Shown here: positions 53,674-64,000 of the stretch, one piece after another
Numbering within the stretch: the first letter of the stretch is position 1
Layout: every line of letters begins with the position of its first letter
From: an uncultured Chloroflexia bacterium
GTDB taxonomy: Bacteria; Chloroflexota; Limnocylindria; Limnocylindrales; CSP1-4
Reading direction: 5' to 3'
Length of the DNA: 64,000 nt
NCBI GenBank assembly: GCA_963698505.1
Contig: CAVORC010000013.1
Span: forward strand, 3,378-67,377
Translations under genes and position numbers: made by a program
The notes under the pieces: generated by a model
Seen by the model: the letters and a program-made list of their open reading frames with translations, nothing else
Database searches by the model: none
What the model was told of the DNA's origin: nothing

Positions 53674-54683
53674 GGGGCCACCTCCTCTACGTCTTCGGCG
53701 TGGACGAGGTGGGCGACGCCGGGTTCATCGGTGGCTTCGGCGACGTGTCCGGTGAGAGCCAGGAAGACGTCGTCGAGGGTGGGCCGGCGCATGGCGATGT
53801 CGTCCACCGGGATGTTGGCCTCATCCAGCTCGCGGAAGACCCCGAACAGCTTCTCCGCGCCTCCGCCCGCCGCGATGCTCAGCTGGCGTGTGGCTTCTTC
53901 CACGGCGATGTCGCCCTCACCGTGGCGAGCCAGCACGGCCTCCACGAATGGGATGTCCTCGCTGCGGTGGAGGTGCACCTCGATGCGCTCGCCCCCGACC
54001 TGCCGCTTGAGCTCCCTGGCGGTGCCCTCGGCGATGATGCGTCCGTGGTCGACCACGGCGATGCTGTCGGCGAGCTCGTCAGCCTCCTCGAGGTACTGCG
54101 TGGTCAACAGCAGCGTCGTGCCCTCCCTGACCAGGCCGCGGATGACCTCCCACATGCCCAGCCGACTGCGCGGGTCCAGGCCGGTGGTGGGTTCGTCGAG
54201 GATGAGCAGGCGTGGCCGCCCGATGATGGCGCTGGCGAGGTCCAGGCGGCGTCGCATGCCGCCCGAGTACGTCTTGATGGTGCGGTCGGCGGCGTCGACG
54301 AGGTCGAACTGCTCGAGCAGCGCGTCGGCGCGCGCGCGGGCCTCGGCGGAGGGCAGCTGGTAGAGACGGCCGAAGAGCCAGAGGTTCTCGCGACCGGTGA
54401 GGTTCTCGTCCACCGCGGCGTACTGCCCGGACAGGCCGATGAGGTGCCGCAGCTCCTGGGCCTGCGAGACGACATCGAGGCCGGCCACGGTCGCGCGCCC
54501 GGCATCTGGGCGCAGCAGGGTGGCGATGATACGCACGGTCGTCGTCTTGCCCGCCCCGTTCGGTCCGAGCAGGCCGAGGACGCTGCCCTCCGGCACGCTG
54601 AGATCCAGCCCGTCCAGCGCCCGCACCTCGCTGCGCCGCGACTTGTAGATCTTGACGAGACCCTCGGCTTCGATGATCGCCAC
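53670..54683 (-). CDS. ABC transporter ATP-binding protein (DrrA-like)
   Basis: GTG at 54683 in track ORF 53670..54887. GLLGPNGAGKTTT (Walker A), YSGGMRRRLDLA (signature) and LLILDEPTTGLD (Walker B). Confidence 0.9.
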   Translation of the reverse strand: MAIIEAEGLVKIYKSRRSEVRALDGLDLSVPEGSVLGLLGPNGAGKTTTVRIIATLLRPDAGRATVAGLDVVSQAQELRHLIGLSGQYAAVDENLTGRENLWLFGRLYQLPSAEARARADALLEQFDLVDAADRTIKTYSGGMRRRLDLASAIIGRPRLLILDEPTTGLDPRSRLGMWEVIRGLVREGTTLLLTTQYLEEADELADSIAVVDHGRIIAEGTARELKRQVGGERIEVHLHRSEDIPFVEAVLARHGEGDIAVEEATRQLSIAAGGGAEKLFGVFRELDEANIPVDDIAMRRPTLDDVFLALTGHVAEATDEPGVAHLVHAEDVEEVAP

Positions 54684-54852
54684 GGACAGATACCTATGTG
54701 CGTATGGCCGGCCCCCGTCGGCCGCGAATGATATCGCGAGGTGCAGACTGGTGCCTGCGCGACGTTCGATCGCCCCTCCGCACGGTCCCTCGTGACCAGC
54801 TCGGCGCTGCACCGGTGAGCGCGGGCGGCCGGCCGGGCCATAATGGCGTGGC

Positions 54853-57168
54853 ATGGCGCTCCCCATCGCGGTGGTGTCGGGATTCATCCTGGCACTGCTG
54901 GTCCCGCTCGTCCGCCGCCTGCTTGGCCGCTACGCCATCGTCGTGTTCGTGGCGTTGCCGGCCGTCCTTGTGCTGCTGCTCGCCAGCCTCGCCGCTGGCG
55001 TCATCGACGGCACGCCCGTGCGCTGGGACGCAGAGTGGGTACCGCAGCTCGGTCTCTCCCTGGCGTTCTCGCTGGACGCGCTCTCGCTGCTGTTCGCGCT
55101 GCTCATCACTGGTGTCGGCACGGCCGTCATCCTCTACGCGCAGCGCTATCTCCACGGCCACCCGGAGATCGACCGCTTCCATGCGCTGACGCTGGCCTTC
55201 ATGGCCTCGATGCTCGGCCTGGTGCTGGCTGACAACCTCATGCTGCTCGTCGTCTTCTGGGGCCTGACCGGCGTGACGTCCTACCTGCTCATCGGCTTCG
55301 AGCACACCATCGGCACCTCGCGGCTGTCGGCGCAGCAGGCCCTCATCGTCACCGTCTCGGGCGAGCTGGCGATGCTGGCGGGCCTGGTGCTGCTGGGCTT
55401 CGCGGCGCAGACCTTCACCATCTCCGAGCTCGGCGCGGCCGGCGCGAGCATCCGCGATGACGCGCGCTATGTCCTGTTCGTGGTGCTGATCCTGCTGGGC
55501 GCGCTCTCCAAGTCGGCGCAGTTCCCCTTCCACTTCTGGTTGCCCAACGCGATGGCCGCGCCGACGCCCGTCAGCGCGTACCTGCATTCGGCCACCATGG
55601 TGACGGCCGGCGTCTACCTCGTCTCGCGCCTGACGCCGGTCCTGGGGGGCAGCGAGGTATGGACGGTGCTGCTCATCGTCAGCGGTGGCCTGACCATGCT
55701 CATCGGCAACATCCTGGCGCTGCGCCAGCACGACCTGAAGCTGGTGCTGGCCTACTCGACGGTGGGCGCGCTGGGCACGATGGTGCTGCTGCTGGGCCTG
55801 GGGTCGGACACGGCCTTCGTGGCGGCCATGGCACTGCTGCTGGCACACGCGCTCTACAAGGCCGGGCTCTTCCTCGTGACCGGCATCGTCGATCACGAGA
55901 TGGGCACCCGCGAGCTTGACCGCTTCAGCGGCTTGGCGCGCATCATGCCCATCACCGCCGTCGCGGCGGCACTCGGCGCACTCTCGATGGCCGGCATCCC
56001 GCCCGTCGTCGGCTTCGCCGCCAAGGAGCTCGGGCTGAAGTCGGGCCTCGCATCCGACGAGGCCACCATCATCATCACCGCCGCGCTCGTCGTGGCCGGA
56101 GCGGCCACGGTGGGTGTCGCTGCCATCGCCAGCCTGGGCCCCTTCAGCGGACCGCTGCGTACGGCCCGCGACGGTGGCCACGATCCCTCCTGGGTCATGT
56201 GGCTTGGGCCGATCGCCCTGGGCAGCGTGGGCGTGCTGGCGGGGCTCGCCCCGGCGCTCGGCTCGGGACCGCTGGTCGCAGCCGCGGGTGATGTCATCGG
56301 CAACGGCTCTGCCAAGTACGGCGTGGAGCCATGGTACGGCATGGACCTGGCGCTGCTGCTGAGCGTGCTCAGCATCGTCGCGGGAGCCGTCGTCTTCTGG
56401 CGCCGGCTCGAGGTGCGCGGTGCCGTCGGCTGGCTCGACATCGGATACCGCATCGGACCGGAGAAGGCCTACGTGTCGCTGGAGCTGGCCATGCTGCACG
56501 TCGCCAAGCGCCTCACGGGGCTGCTGCAGAACGGGCAGCTGCGGCGCTACCTGCTCATCGTCGTGTCCACGCTGGCCGCGCTCGTGTGGCTCATCCTGCT
56601 GTGGGCCGGCGGTATCCCGCCCATCGATCCCGACTGGGACATCTACCCCTGGGAAGCCATCATCGCCGCGCTCATCGCGGGCGGCGCGGTGGTGGCGGTG
56701 ACGTCGCGGTCGCGGCTGGGTGCGGTCACCGCGCTCGGGGTGGTGGGCTACGGCATCTCGCTGGTGTACGTCCTCTTCAGCGCACCCGACCTGGCCATCG
56801 CCCAGATCCTCGTCGAGACGCTGACCGTGCTGCTGTTCGTGCTGGTCTTCTACCACATGCCCAAGTTCGGCGCCGATACCGATCGCGGCTCGCGGCTGCG
56901 TGACGGCACCATCGCCATCGCGGCCGGGCTGCTCATGACGGTCTTCGTGCTGGCAGCCACGAGCACACCGACCGACCCCATCTCGACGTTCTTCCTGCAG
57001 AACAGCCAGCCCCTGGCCAAGGGCCAGAACGTGGTCAACACCATCATCGTGGACTTCCGCTCGCTCGATACGCTCGCCGAGGTCGCCGTGCTGGCCATCG
57101 CCGGCTTCGGCGTGTACGCCCTGCTGAAGCTGCGTGCGAAGCGGCAGGACGCGGGGGACGGCACATGA
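54853..57168 (+). CDS. mrpA: Na+/H+ antiporter Mrp/Mnh subunit A (NuoL-like, with MrpB-like C-terminal extension)
   Basis: 771 aa. [52 protein letters not shown]. Confidence 0.9.
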   Translation: MALPIAVVSGFILALLVPLVRRLLGRYAIVVFVALPAVLVLLLASLAAGVIDGTPVRWDAEWVPQLGLSLAFSLDALSLLFALLITGVGTAVILYAQRYLHGHPEIDRFHALTLAFMASMLGLVLADNLMLLVVFWGLTGVTSYLLIGFEHTIGTSRLSAQQALIVTVSGELAMLAGLVLLGFAAQTFTISELGAAGASIRDDARYVLFVVLILLGALSKSAQFPFHFWLPNAMAAPTPVSAYLHSATMVTAGVYLVSRLTPVLGGSEVWTVLLIVSGGLTMLIGNILALRQHDLKLVLAYSTVGALGTMVLLLGLGSDTAFVAAMALLLAHALYKAGLFLVTGIVDHEMGTRELDRFSGLARIMPITAVAAALGALSMAGIPPVVGFAAKELGLKSGLASDEATIIITAALVVAGAATVGVAAIASLGPFSGPLRTARDGGHDPSWVMWLGPIALGSVGVLAGLAPALGSGPLVAAAGDVIGNGSAKYGVEPWYGMDLALLLSVLSIVAGAVVFWRRLEVRGAVGWLDIGYRIGPEKAYVSLELAMLHVAKRLTGLLQNGQLRRYLLIVVSTLAALVWLILLWAGGIPPIDPDWDIYPWEAIIAALIAGGAVVAVTSRSRLGAVTALGVVGYGISLVYVLFSAPDLAIAQILVETLTVLLFVLVFYHMPKFGADTDRGSRLRDGTIAIAAGLLMTVFVLAATSTPTDPISTFFLQNSQPLAKGQNVVNTIIVDFRSLDTLAEVAVLAIAGFGVYALLKLRAKRQDAGDGT

Positions 57169-57584
57169 GGGGCCTGATCCTGCCCACCGCCACGGCCTAC
57201 CTCATGCCTGTGCTGCTGCTGTTCTCGCTGTTCCTGCTGCTGCGCGGCCACAACGAGCCGGGCGGTGGCTTCGCCGGCGGCCTCGTGGCCGCCGCCGCGT
57301 TCGTGCTGCTCTCGATCGCCAGCGGTGTGGCGGTCGCCCGGCGCGCCCTTGGTGTCGATCCGCGCACGCTCATCGGTGGCGGCCTGCTGCTCATGCTGGT
57401 CGCCGGGCTGGTGGCACCGCTGGCCTACGGTGAGCCGTACCTCACCGCGCACTGGTGGACCTTCGCGGTGGCCGGCTACGACATCTCGGTGGGCACGCCG
57501 CTGCTGTTCGACATCGGCGTCTACCTGGGCGTCGCCGGCACCATCCTGCTCATCACCTTCTCGCTGGAGGAGGAGGGGACATGA
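57165..57584 (+). CDS. mrpB: Mrp/Mnh subunit B
   Basis: [16 protein letters not shown] motif. ATGA overlap with mrpA. Confidence 0.85.
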   Translation: MRGLILPTATAYLMPVLLLFSLFLLLRGHNEPGGGFAGGLVAAAAFVLLSIASGVAVARRALGVDPRTLIGGGLLLMLVAGLVAPLAYGEPYLTAHWWTFAVAGYDISVGTPLLFDIGVYLGVAGTILLITFSLEEEGT

Positions 57585-57931
57585 CGGTGATGCTGGCGGT
57601 GGTGATCGGGATCCTCTTCGCGGCGGCCATCTACCTGATGCTGCGGCGCTCGGTGCTGAAGCTCGCGCTGGGGCTGTCCCTGCTGGCCAACGCTGCCAAC
57701 CTGGTCATCTTCGTGGCCGCGGGCCTCACCCGCGGGGAGCCCCCGCTGGTGGCGGAGGGCTCGACCGCGCCGCCGCCCGGCGCCGCCGATCCACTACCGC
57801 AGGCGATGGTGCTCACCGCCATCGTCATCGGGTTCAGCGTGCTGGCCTTCACCCTCACGCTGATGCACCGGGTCTACCAGGAGGGTGGCAGCGACGACGT
57901 CGACGACCTCTCCGAGGCCGACATCCAGTGA
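57581..57931 (+). CDS. mrpC: Mrp/Mnh subunit C (NuoK-like)
   Basis: ATG at 57581 (ATGA overlap). [41 protein letters not shown]...[16 protein letters not shown]. Confidence 0.85.
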   Translation: MTVMLAVVIGILFAAAIYLMLRRSVLKLALGLSLLANAANLVIFVAAGLTRGEPPLVAEGSTAPPPGAADPLPQAMVLTAIVIGFSVLAFTLTLMHRVYQEGGSDDVDDLSEADIQ

Positions 57932-59457
57932 GCGCCATCGTGATGCTGCCGGTGCTGGTGCCGCTCATCGCCGCGGCGCTGGGCCTGTTCGCCTGGCGCT
58001 CCGGTACCGCCCAGCGGCTGATCGCCGTCGCCGCCTCGGCGGTGCTGCTGGCGGTCGGCATCATGCTGCTCGTGGTCGTGGAGCGCGACGGCATCCAGAC
58101 GCTGCAGGTCGGCGCCTGGCCGGCGCCGTTCGGGATCACCATGGTGGCGGACCTGTTCAGCGCCATCCTGGTGGTGCTCACCGGTGTCCTCGCGGTCGCC
58201 ATCGTGCTCTACTCGACCGCCACCATCGACGGCGGGCGGGAGCGCTTCGCCTACTACCCGCTGATGATGGTGCTGCTGGCGGGCGTGACGGGTACGTTCC
58301 TGACCGGCGATCTGTTCAACCTCTACGTCTGGTTCGAGGTGCTGCTGATCGCCTCCTTCGTGCTGCTGGCGCTCGGCGGCGAGCGGGCGCAGCTGGAGGG
58401 CGCGCTCAAGTACGTGGCACTGAACCTGGTCGCCTCGGCCACGCTGCTGGTCACCATCGGCGTCATCTACGGTCTCACCGGCACCGTCAACCTGGCCGAC
58501 CTCTCGCTGCGGTTCAGCGAGGTGGAGCCCGACGCGCTGGTGGCCGCGGTGGCCGCCATGATGCTCATCGCGTTCGGCATCAAGGCGGCGCTGGTGCCGC
58601 TGTACTTCTGGCTGCCGGCTTCGTACCACACGCCGCCGGTGGCGGTCTCGGCGCTGTTCAGCGGCCTGCTCACGAAGGTCGGCATCTACGCGCTGGTGCG
58701 CGTCTTCACGTTGCTCTTCGCCGAGCAGGCAGCCGACTTCCAGCCGCTGTTGCTGGTGGTGGCTGCGCTGACGATGGTCATCGGCGTCCTGGGAGCGGTG
58801 GCCCAGCACGAGATGCGCCGGCTGCTGTCGTTCCACATCATCAGCCAGATCGGCTACCTGGTCATGGGCCTGGCGCTGTTCACCGTGTCCGCCATGGCCG
58901 GGCTCATCTTCTTCCTGGTCCACGTGGCGCTGGCCAAGTCCACGCTCTTCCTCGTCGCCGGCTCCGTGAAGCAGCTGACCGGTTCCTTCGAGTTGGCCAA
59001 GACCGGCGGATTGTGGGTCCTCAAGCCCGGGCTGGCCGTCCTCTTCGGCGTCGCGGCCATGTCGCTGGCGGGGATCCCCCCGTTCAGCGGCTTCCTCGCC
59101 AAGCTGGCCCTCATCGAGGCCGGTCTGGCGGTGGACCAGGTGCTCATCGTGCTCATCGCGCTGGGCGTGAGCCTGCTGACGTTGTACTCCATGCTGAAGA
59201 TCTGGAACGCTGCCTTCTGGAAGCCGCATCCGATGGACCCGGAGCCGCTGCCCGACGGCACGCTGGCGGCGACGCCGGAGCGTGTCGCCGAGACGCGACT
59301 GGCGCTGGCGATGGTGCTGCCCATCGTGCTGCTGGTCTCGTGCTCGGTGGCGCTGACGGTGGCGGCCGGGCCTGTCTTCGAGCTGGTGGACGCGGCCGCG
59401 GTGCAGCTGATGGACCCGGCCGTCTACGTCGACGCCGTCCTGGGCGGTGCCCCGTGA
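57928..59457 (+). CDS. mrpD: Mrp/Mnh subunit D (NuoN/ND2-like)
   Basis: GTG at 57928 (GTGA overlap). [52 protein letters not shown]. Confidence 0.9.
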   Translation: MSAIVMLPVLVPLIAAALGLFAWRSGTAQRLIAVAASAVLLAVGIMLLVVVERDGIQTLQVGAWPAPFGITMVADLFSAILVVLTGVLAVAIVLYSTATIDGGRERFAYYPLMMVLLAGVTGTFLTGDLFNLYVWFEVLLIASFVLLALGGERAQLEGALKYVALNLVASATLLVTIGVIYGLTGTVNLADLSLRFSEVEPDALVAAVAAMMLIAFGIKAALVPLYFWLPASYHTPPVAVSALFSGLLTKVGIYALVRVFTLLFAEQAADFQPLLLVVAALTMVIGVLGAVAQHEMRRLLSFHIISQIGYLVMGLALFTVSAMAGLIFFLVHVALAKSTLFLVAGSVKQLTGSFELAKTGGLWVLKPGLAVLFGVAAMSLAGIPPFSGFLAKLALIEAGLAVDQVLIVLIALGVSLLTLYSMLKIWNAAFWKPHPMDPEPLPDGTLAATPERVAETRLALAMVLPIVLLVSCSVALTVAAGPVFELVDAAAVQLMDPAVYVDAVLGGAP

Positions 59458-59980
59458 GCGTCCGATGACGAAACCCTCGGCGCCGCGCGGGCGCGGCCTC
59501 TCGGCTGCCGCGATGTTCGCGGCCAACCTCACCCTGGCGCTGGTGTGGGCGGCCATGAGCGGCCACTTCGACGTGCTGAACCTCGTCCTCGGCTTCGCCT
59601 TCGGCTACCTCGTGCTCTTCCTGCTGCAGCGCTTCCTGGGCAATTCCGCCTACTTCGGCAAATCTGGTGCACTGCTGAGCTTTGCGGCGTTCTACGTGCT
59701 GGAGGTCGTGCGCTCCAACATCCGCGTGGCCGTGGACGTGGCGACCCCGGCCTCGCGCGCCAACCCGGCCATCGTGGCAGTGCCGCTAGAGGCGCGCACT
59801 GATGCCGAGATCACGCTGCTGTCCAACCTCATCACCATGACGCCGGGCTCGCTGTCGATCGATGTCTCCGACGATCGGAGCGTCATCTACGTGCATTCGA
59901 TGTTCGTCGACGATCCCGAGGAGCTGCGACGCAGCATCAAGGACGACCTGGAGCGGCGCGTGCTGGAGCTGCTGCGGTGA
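59447..59980 (+). CDS. mrpE: Mrp/Mnh subunit E
   Basis: NLTLALVWAAMSGHF..LNLVLGF...VLEVVRSNIRVA..ITLLSNLITMTPGSLSIDV. The start is GTG 59447 or ATG 59465. Confidence 0.8.
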   Translation: MPRERPMTKPSAPRGRGLSAAAMFAANLTLALVWAAMSGHFDVLNLVLGFAFGYLVLFLLQRFLGNSAYFGKSGALLSFAAFYVLEVVRSNIRVAVDVATPASRANPAIVAVPLEARTDAEITLLSNLITMTPGSLSIDVSDDRSVIYVHSMFVDDPEELRRSIKDDLERRVLELLR

Positions 59981-60264
59981 GCGGGCTCATGGACGGCGTC
60001 CCGGACCTCGTCATCGAGCTGGCCCTGCTGGTGCTGGCCATCTCGCTGCTGCTGACGTTCGTGCGCCTCGTGCGCGGCCCCAGCCTGATGGACCGGGTGG
60101 TCGCCCTCGAGCTCATCGCCAGCCTCGTCGCCGGCATCGTGGCCGTCTACGCCATCGGCACCGACGCGCCGGAGATCATCGACGTGGCCATCGCGCTGGC
60201 GCTGGTCGCCTTCCTGGGGGCCGTGGCGTTCGCGCGCTACGCCGAACGGGCGCTGCGACCATGA
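59977..60264 (+). CDS. mrpF: Mrp/Mnh subunit F
   Basis: LLLTFVRLVRGPSLMDRVVALELI. GTGA overlap. Confidence 0.85.
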   Translation: MSGLMDGVPDLVIELALLVLAISLLLTFVRLVRGPSLMDRVVALELIASLVAGIVAVYAIGTDAPEIIDVAIALALVAFLGAVAFARYAERALRP

Positions 60265-60659
60265 ACGACATCCTCGCCACGCTGGCCGTCGTGCTGGGCA
60301 CGGCCCTGGGGCTGCTGAGCGCCATCGGCATCGTGCGCATGTCAGACGTCTTCATCCGCCTGCAGGTCGCCAGCAAGGCCTCGTCGCTGGGCATCGCGCT
60401 GCTGATGCTGGGCGTGGCGGCGCACTTCGACACGCTGAGCGTCACCGTCCGGGCGTTGCTGGTGGTGGTCTTCCTCTTCCTGACGGCACCGGTCGCGGCA
60501 CACGTCATCGGGCGGGCAGCCTACCTCACGGGGGTGCCACTCTCGGCTGCCACCAAGCTGGACGAGCTGGCGGGCGCCTACGATCCCGACTCGGGGCGGC
60601 TGGCCGGCAAGAGCCGGACGGACGCCGAGCCTGGAGACGCCGCTGGCGACGATCGCTGA
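60261..60659 (+). CDS. mrpG: Mrp/Mnh subunit G
   Basis: ATG at 60261 (ATGA overlap). LGLLSAIGIVRMSDVFIRLQVASKASSLG...LFLTAPVAAHVIGRAAY. Confidence 0.85.
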   Translation: MNDILATLAVVLGTALGLLSAIGIVRMSDVFIRLQVASKASSLGIALLMLGVAAHFDTLSVTVRALLVVVFLFLTAPVAAHVIGRAAYLTGVPLSAATKLDELAGAYDPDSGRLAGKSRTDAEPGDAAGDDR

Positions 60660-60694
60660 GTCGGCCAGTGCTGCCGGACGGCGCCAGGCCGAGC

Positions 60695-60968
60695 GGCGCC
60701 CACTCCATGTCCGAACGGCTGGCGGCCGGACAGGGACTACCGCCAGCTGCCGTAGCCGTAGTCCATCCGCTCCCTCGCCCTGACGGCTCCCCGGCGGGTC
60801 CACGGGGCCACGCCTGAGCGTGCGACCGTGCGCTCCACGGCCGCTCACCCCTCCGACGAGGCGTCCCACAGCCCGACGACCGGGCCTTGCGCTACGGGGA
60901 CCGTCGCTAGACCCAGTCATGGCCGTCGCCGGGCGAGGAGCCAGCGGCTGGAAGGCGTCGCGCCGAGT
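60695..60968. repeat. ~0.3-kb non-coding repeat, copy 2
   Basis: Collinear with 52478..52830 in the same orientation. The identical 43-nt core lies at 60811-60853. Confidence 0.7.
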
Positions 60969-61049
60969 AGCACATGCCACGTGGTCGGCGGCACCTGGTC
61001 AACGCCACGAGGCTGTCGCCTTCACCCAGCGAGCGACCGCCGCCGCTGG

Positions 61050-61103
61050 ACAGAACGCAGCGACGCCCGGGCTCGGCGCTGGCGCCGCTCCCGGGCGTTC
61101 TGT
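61050..61103. terminator. long GC-rich hairpin just downstream of the symporter gene stop (candidate terminator)
   Basis: acagaacg...cgcccggg..(ggcgc-tg-gcgcc)..cccgggcg-ttctgt nested inverted repeats. No clear U-tract. Confidence 0.35.
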
Positions 61104-61120
61104 GTGACAGGATCAGCCAG

Positions 61121-62779
61121 CTACCCGGCCGAGACCCCGTTGCGCTCCTTGCCGTCGCGATCATGCGCCAGGTGCATGAAGTGCTCGACTCGCCCGACGT
61201 CCCGCGTGAGCAGGCTGACGATGATGCCGGCAGCGAATGCCGCCGGCACGCCGTACAGCGCCGGGTTCACCAGCACCGGCAGCCCCAGCAGCGTTTCGAT
61301 GCCGGAGTACTTGGCGAAGGTGAACACCAGCGAGACGATCAAGCCCACCACGAACGTGGCCACCACGCCCTGCCGTGTGAAGCGCGTCCACCACACCGTC
61401 ATGAGCAGCACCGGCGCGAACGTGCTGGCCGCGATGCCGAACGTCATGCCCACCAGCTGCGCGACGTTCTCCTCCTTGAGGATGAACGACAGCACGACCG
61501 CGACGACGGTCAGCACGATGCCCGTGATCTGCGCCACGCGCACACGCTGCTCCTCCGATGACTCGGGGCGCAGCAGGATGGTGTAGCCGTCGTGCGCCAC
61601 CGTGGTGGTCATCTGGATGAGCAGGCCCACCGCGGAGCTCAGGATGGCGGCCATGGCGCCAGCCAGCACGATGCCGAGCAACACCTCGCCACCGAGCAGG
61701 CGGCCCAGCTCGGCGACCGCGGTATTGGTCGCCTTGCCGACCTCCCCCTGGTTGATGAGGTCGGTGAGCAACGGATACAGCAGCATCATCGCCGCGAGGC
61801 CCACGAAGAGGGTCATGGTGTAGAAGATGGCCAGGCTGATGATGGTCAGCTCGGTCGACTTCCGGGCAGCCACCGCGTCCTTCACCGTGTACAGCCGGAT
61901 GAGCACATGGGGCAGACCGACCACGCCAAGGAAGAGGCCGAGGACGAGGCTGAGCTGGTTGAGCATGTCGGTCACGTTGACGCCCGGCGTCAGCGCACTG
62001 GGCTCCTCGGGCAGGATCTCCATCGAGCTCCTGGCCGCCGCCATGGCATCCGGGCCGTCGCTGTCGATGGGATACGTCGAGAGGATCTGCTCGGCAGCGT
62101 CGTTGTTGACCACCTGCGTCGGCGTCACCACCGAGTCCGAGTCGGCCAGGATGCCCAGGGGGTTCCAGTTGAAGTACATCACCACTGCCAGGATCAGCAG
62201 CAGGGTCATGGCGCCGAAGATGATGATGCCCTGGAAGGCCTGGTTGTAGGAGGTGCCGCGCATGCCGCCCATGACCACGATGACGGCGGTGAAGCCGCCG
62301 GCGATGGCCACCCAGATGAAGTAGTCGAGCTCCGGGATCAGCAGGTTGAACAGGTGCCCCGCACCGACCAGCTGCGGCACCAGGTAGAGCGTGCCGATGG
62401 TGATGCCGGCGATGATGGTGAGCAGCCGGATCTCCGACCCGGAGAAGCGCTCGTAGAGCGCATCGGCCACGGTGTACTTGCCCGAGCGCCGCAACGGGCT
62501 GGCGAGGATGAGGACGACCACGACCCAGGCCGCGAAGAAGCCCAGCGCCAGCCACCAGTTGTCGATACCGAAGAGGGCGATGGCACCGGCAACGCCCAGG
62601 AAGCTGGCCGCACTGGCGTAGTTGCTGAACATGGCCACGCCATTGAGCTTCCAGGGGATCTGGCCCCCGGCCACGTAGAACTCGGCCGTGGACTTGGTCC
62701 AGCGCCGGCTGTAGATGCCGATGAAGAAGAAGGTGGCCATGCCCACCGCGAGGATGGAGATGGCGACGATGTTGTCCAT
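61121..62779 (-). CDS. sodium:solute symporter family protein, cation/acetate symporter (ActP)-like
   Basis: 552 aa. AEFYVAGGQIPWKLNGVAMFSNYASAASFLGVAGAIALFG and RRSGKYTVADALYERF parallel E. coli ActP. Confidence 0.85.
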   Translation of the reverse strand: MDNIVAISILAVGMATFFFIGIYSRRWTKSTAEFYVAGGQIPWKLNGVAMFSNYASAASFLGVAGAIALFGIDNWWLALGFFAAWVVVVLILASPLRRSGKYTVADALYERFSGSEIRLLTIIAGITIGTLYLVPQLVGAGHLFNLLIPELDYFIWVAIAGGFTAVIVVMGGMRGTSYNQAFQGIIIFGAMTLLLILAVVMYFNWNPLGILADSDSVVTPTQVVNNDAAEQILSTYPIDSDGPDAMAAARSSMEILPEEPSALTPGVNVTDMLNQLSLVLGLFLGVVGLPHVLIRLYTVKDAVAARKSTELTIISLAIFYTMTLFVGLAAMMLLYPLLTDLINQGEVGKATNTAVAELGRLLGGEVLLGIVLAGAMAAILSSAVGLLIQMTTTVAHDGYTILLRPESSEEQRVRVAQITGIVLTVVAVVLSFILKEENVAQLVGMTFGIAASTFAPVLLMTVWWTRFTRQGVVATFVVGLIVSLVFTFAKYSGIETLLGLPVLVNPALYGVPAAFAAGIIVSLLTRDVGRVEHFMHLAHDRDGKERNGVSAG

Positions 62780-62785
62780 GTCGAC

Positions 62786-63148
62786 CTACGCCTCGACCTT
62801 GGACAGGTAGATGCGCGTGATGACCAGGCCGGCGATGATCAGCCCGATGCCCAGGATGAACCCCAGCGGCAGCCCAAGGATCATCGTCGCGGCGACGTCC
62901 GCGAACTCCTTCGAGGTGAGGATCGCGACGACGAAGTAGATGACCGTGAACAGGGCCATCAGGCCCCACGACCACCTGGCCGCCCTGGTGCTGAACGGTG
63001 ACCAGTACTTGCCGTCGACCGGCTCGGGATCTCCCGCTGCCGGCGGCTGTTCGCGGCCCACCTCGGCCTGCTTGGGTGTCGGATCCACTCGCATCTCCCC
63101 CTGCTCCGGACCATCCGATTCGGTTTGTCGAACCAATGTCCGGGCCAT
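62786..63148 (-). CDS. DUF485 (YjcH-like) small membrane protein preceding the symporter
   Basis: Two TM helices (WGLMALFTVIYFVVAIL, LGLPLGFILGIGLIIAGLVI). Positioned 6 nt upstream of the ActP-like gene, as in yjcH-actP pairs. The start is uncertain. Confidence 0.65.
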   Translation of the reverse strand: MARTLVRQTESDGPEQGEMRVDPTPKQAEVGREQPPAAGDPEPVDGKYWSPFSTRAARWSWGLMALFTVIYFVVAILTSKEFADVAATMILGLPLGFILGIGLIIAGLVITRIYLSKVEA

Positions 63149-63233
63149 CGGTCACGGGCGCATGGGCCGTCCGTCCCGAGGCCCGGGGCCGGAACGCCTG
63201 TATCCGCGGCGCCGACTTGGGCATCATCTGGGC

Positions 63234-64000
63234 ATGACCACCGCATCCTCCGTCCGTTCCAGCCGTCGCACCAAGATCGTCGCCACCATCGGTCCCGCAA
63301 GCATCGGCCTCATCGACCGGCTCGTGGCCGGGGGACTGGACATCGCCCGCATCAACTTCTCGCACGGCAGCGAGGCGGAGCACCTGCACGCCGCTGCCGC
63401 GGTCCGCGCCGCCGCTGCAGCTGCCGGTCGGAGCGTGGGCATCCTCGTCGATCTACCCGGCCCCAAGCTGCGCCTGGGACAGCTGCATGCCGAGCCGGTG
63501 GAGCTGGAGCTGGACGCGACCGTGACGCTGACCGGTCCCGGCGTGCCATCGAGCGACGCGTCCCTGCCGCTGGGCGACGCCTCGGTCGCCACGCGACTTG
63601 AGATCGGCGACCGTGTGCTGCTGGCCGATGGCGCCGCCGAGCTGCGCTGCGTGGGCACCGCCAACGACGCCGCCATCACGCAGGTCGTGCGCGGTGGCCC
63701 GGTCCGTTCACGCCAGGGTGTCAGTGTGCCGGCAGAGCGCATGGCCGTCGACGCCCTCGGGCAGGCCGACGAGGCCGTCATCCCGCACCTGCTCGACCTC
63801 CATCCTGACTTCGCCGGCCAGTCGTTCGTGCGCTCAGCGAGCGACGTGCGCACGCTGCGAGCGCGCCTGCCGGACGACATCCGCATCGTGGCCAAGATCG
63901 AGACACGTCCGGCGCTGGAGGCGATCAGCGACATCCTCGAGGCAGCCGATGCCATCATGGTCGCCCGTGGCGACCTGGGCGTCGAGCTGCCCTTCGAGCA
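63234..64000 (+). CDS. pyk: pyruvate kinase (C-terminus runs off window)
   Basis: Own translation from ATG at 63234: MTTASSVRSSRRTKIVATIGPASIGLIDRLVAGGLDIARINFSHGSEAEH...IVAKIETRPALE...IMVARGDLGVELPFEQ. Confidence 0.9.
   Translation, partial: MTTASSVRSSRRTKIVATIGPASIGLIDRLVAGGLDIARINFSHGSEAEHLHAAAAVRAAAAAAGRSVGILVDLPGPKLRLGQLHAEPVELELDATVTLTGPGVPSSDASLPLGDASVATRLEIGDRVLLADGAAELRCVGTANDAAITQVVRGGPVRSRQGVSVPAERMAVDALGQADEAVIPHLLDLHPDFAGQSFVRSASDVRTLRARLPDDIRIVAKIETRPALEAISDILEAADAIMVARGDLGVELPFE

Noticed and set aside
54694-56856. Very long ORFs antisense or out of frame to confident genes. Examples: 54694..56856-, 57874..59556-, 61161..63389-, 1660..3102-, 33647..34801+, 38107..39720+, and the 5-prime extensions of 41186..43192- and 18564..20003-.
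   Set aside because: Their translations are Arg/Pro/Gly/His-rich with no motifs. They overlap genes that carry clear family signatures. These are typical stop-codon-poor shadow frames of high-GC DNA.
1-64000. CRISPR arrays, rRNA genes, prophage structural modules and toxin-antitoxin pairs.
   Set aside because: A scan by eye found no regularly spaced 25-40 nt repeats, no rRNA-like sequence, and no capsid, terminase or tail motifs. No short adjacent ORF pair has recognisable TA family motifs.

Overview
About 64 kb of high-GC, Actinomycetota-like chromosome. All calls come from reading the translations and the DNA by eye; no search tool was run. I can support about 85 features.

Core content:
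- Housekeeping and metabolic genes: class I/II aminotransferase, shikimate kinase, threonine synthase, pyruvate kinase, Dps, S9 peptidase, F420/PPOX-type enzyme, two MDR quinone oxidoreductases.
- A complete seven-gene Mrp/Mnh cation:proton antiporter operon, next to a DrrAB-type ABC exporter and a PadR module.
- An ActP/YjcH-type symporter pair and a KdpDE-like two-component pair.
- Two tRNAs: Lys-UUU and an initiator-like Met-CAU.
- Many secreted or membrane proteins of unknown function: DUF4397 x4, DUF3160, CIA30, a SecD-P1-head lipoprotein, a BNR-like protein, and internally duplicated proteins.

Accessory stretch (about 19.7-30.4 kb): a truncated TetR, two tyrosine-integrase remnants, a small-ORF/PD-(D/E)XK-nuclease/unknown-protein cassette, and an IS110-family element.

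Most interesting observations:
1. The integrase-adjacent nuclease cassette (21991-24004) is a candidate uncharacterised defence or mobile-element module.
2. A family of about 85-bp direct repeats punctuates the accessory secreted-protein genes. One copy is split exactly in its most conserved block by the roughly 1.43-kb IS110 element. The IS non-coding end carries insertion-site-like motifs and an 11-bp hairpin, making it a bridge-RNA candidate.
3. Two copies of a roughly 0.3-kb non-coding repeat with a 43-nt identical core bracket the ABC exporter and mrp operon as direct repeats 8.2 kb apart.
4. An AT-rich palindromic operator plus 21-nt tandem boxes lie at the padR start.
5. A 2-hydroxyacid dehydrogenase has an N-terminus spread over three reading frames.

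No CRISPR array, rRNA or phage structural genes were seen.
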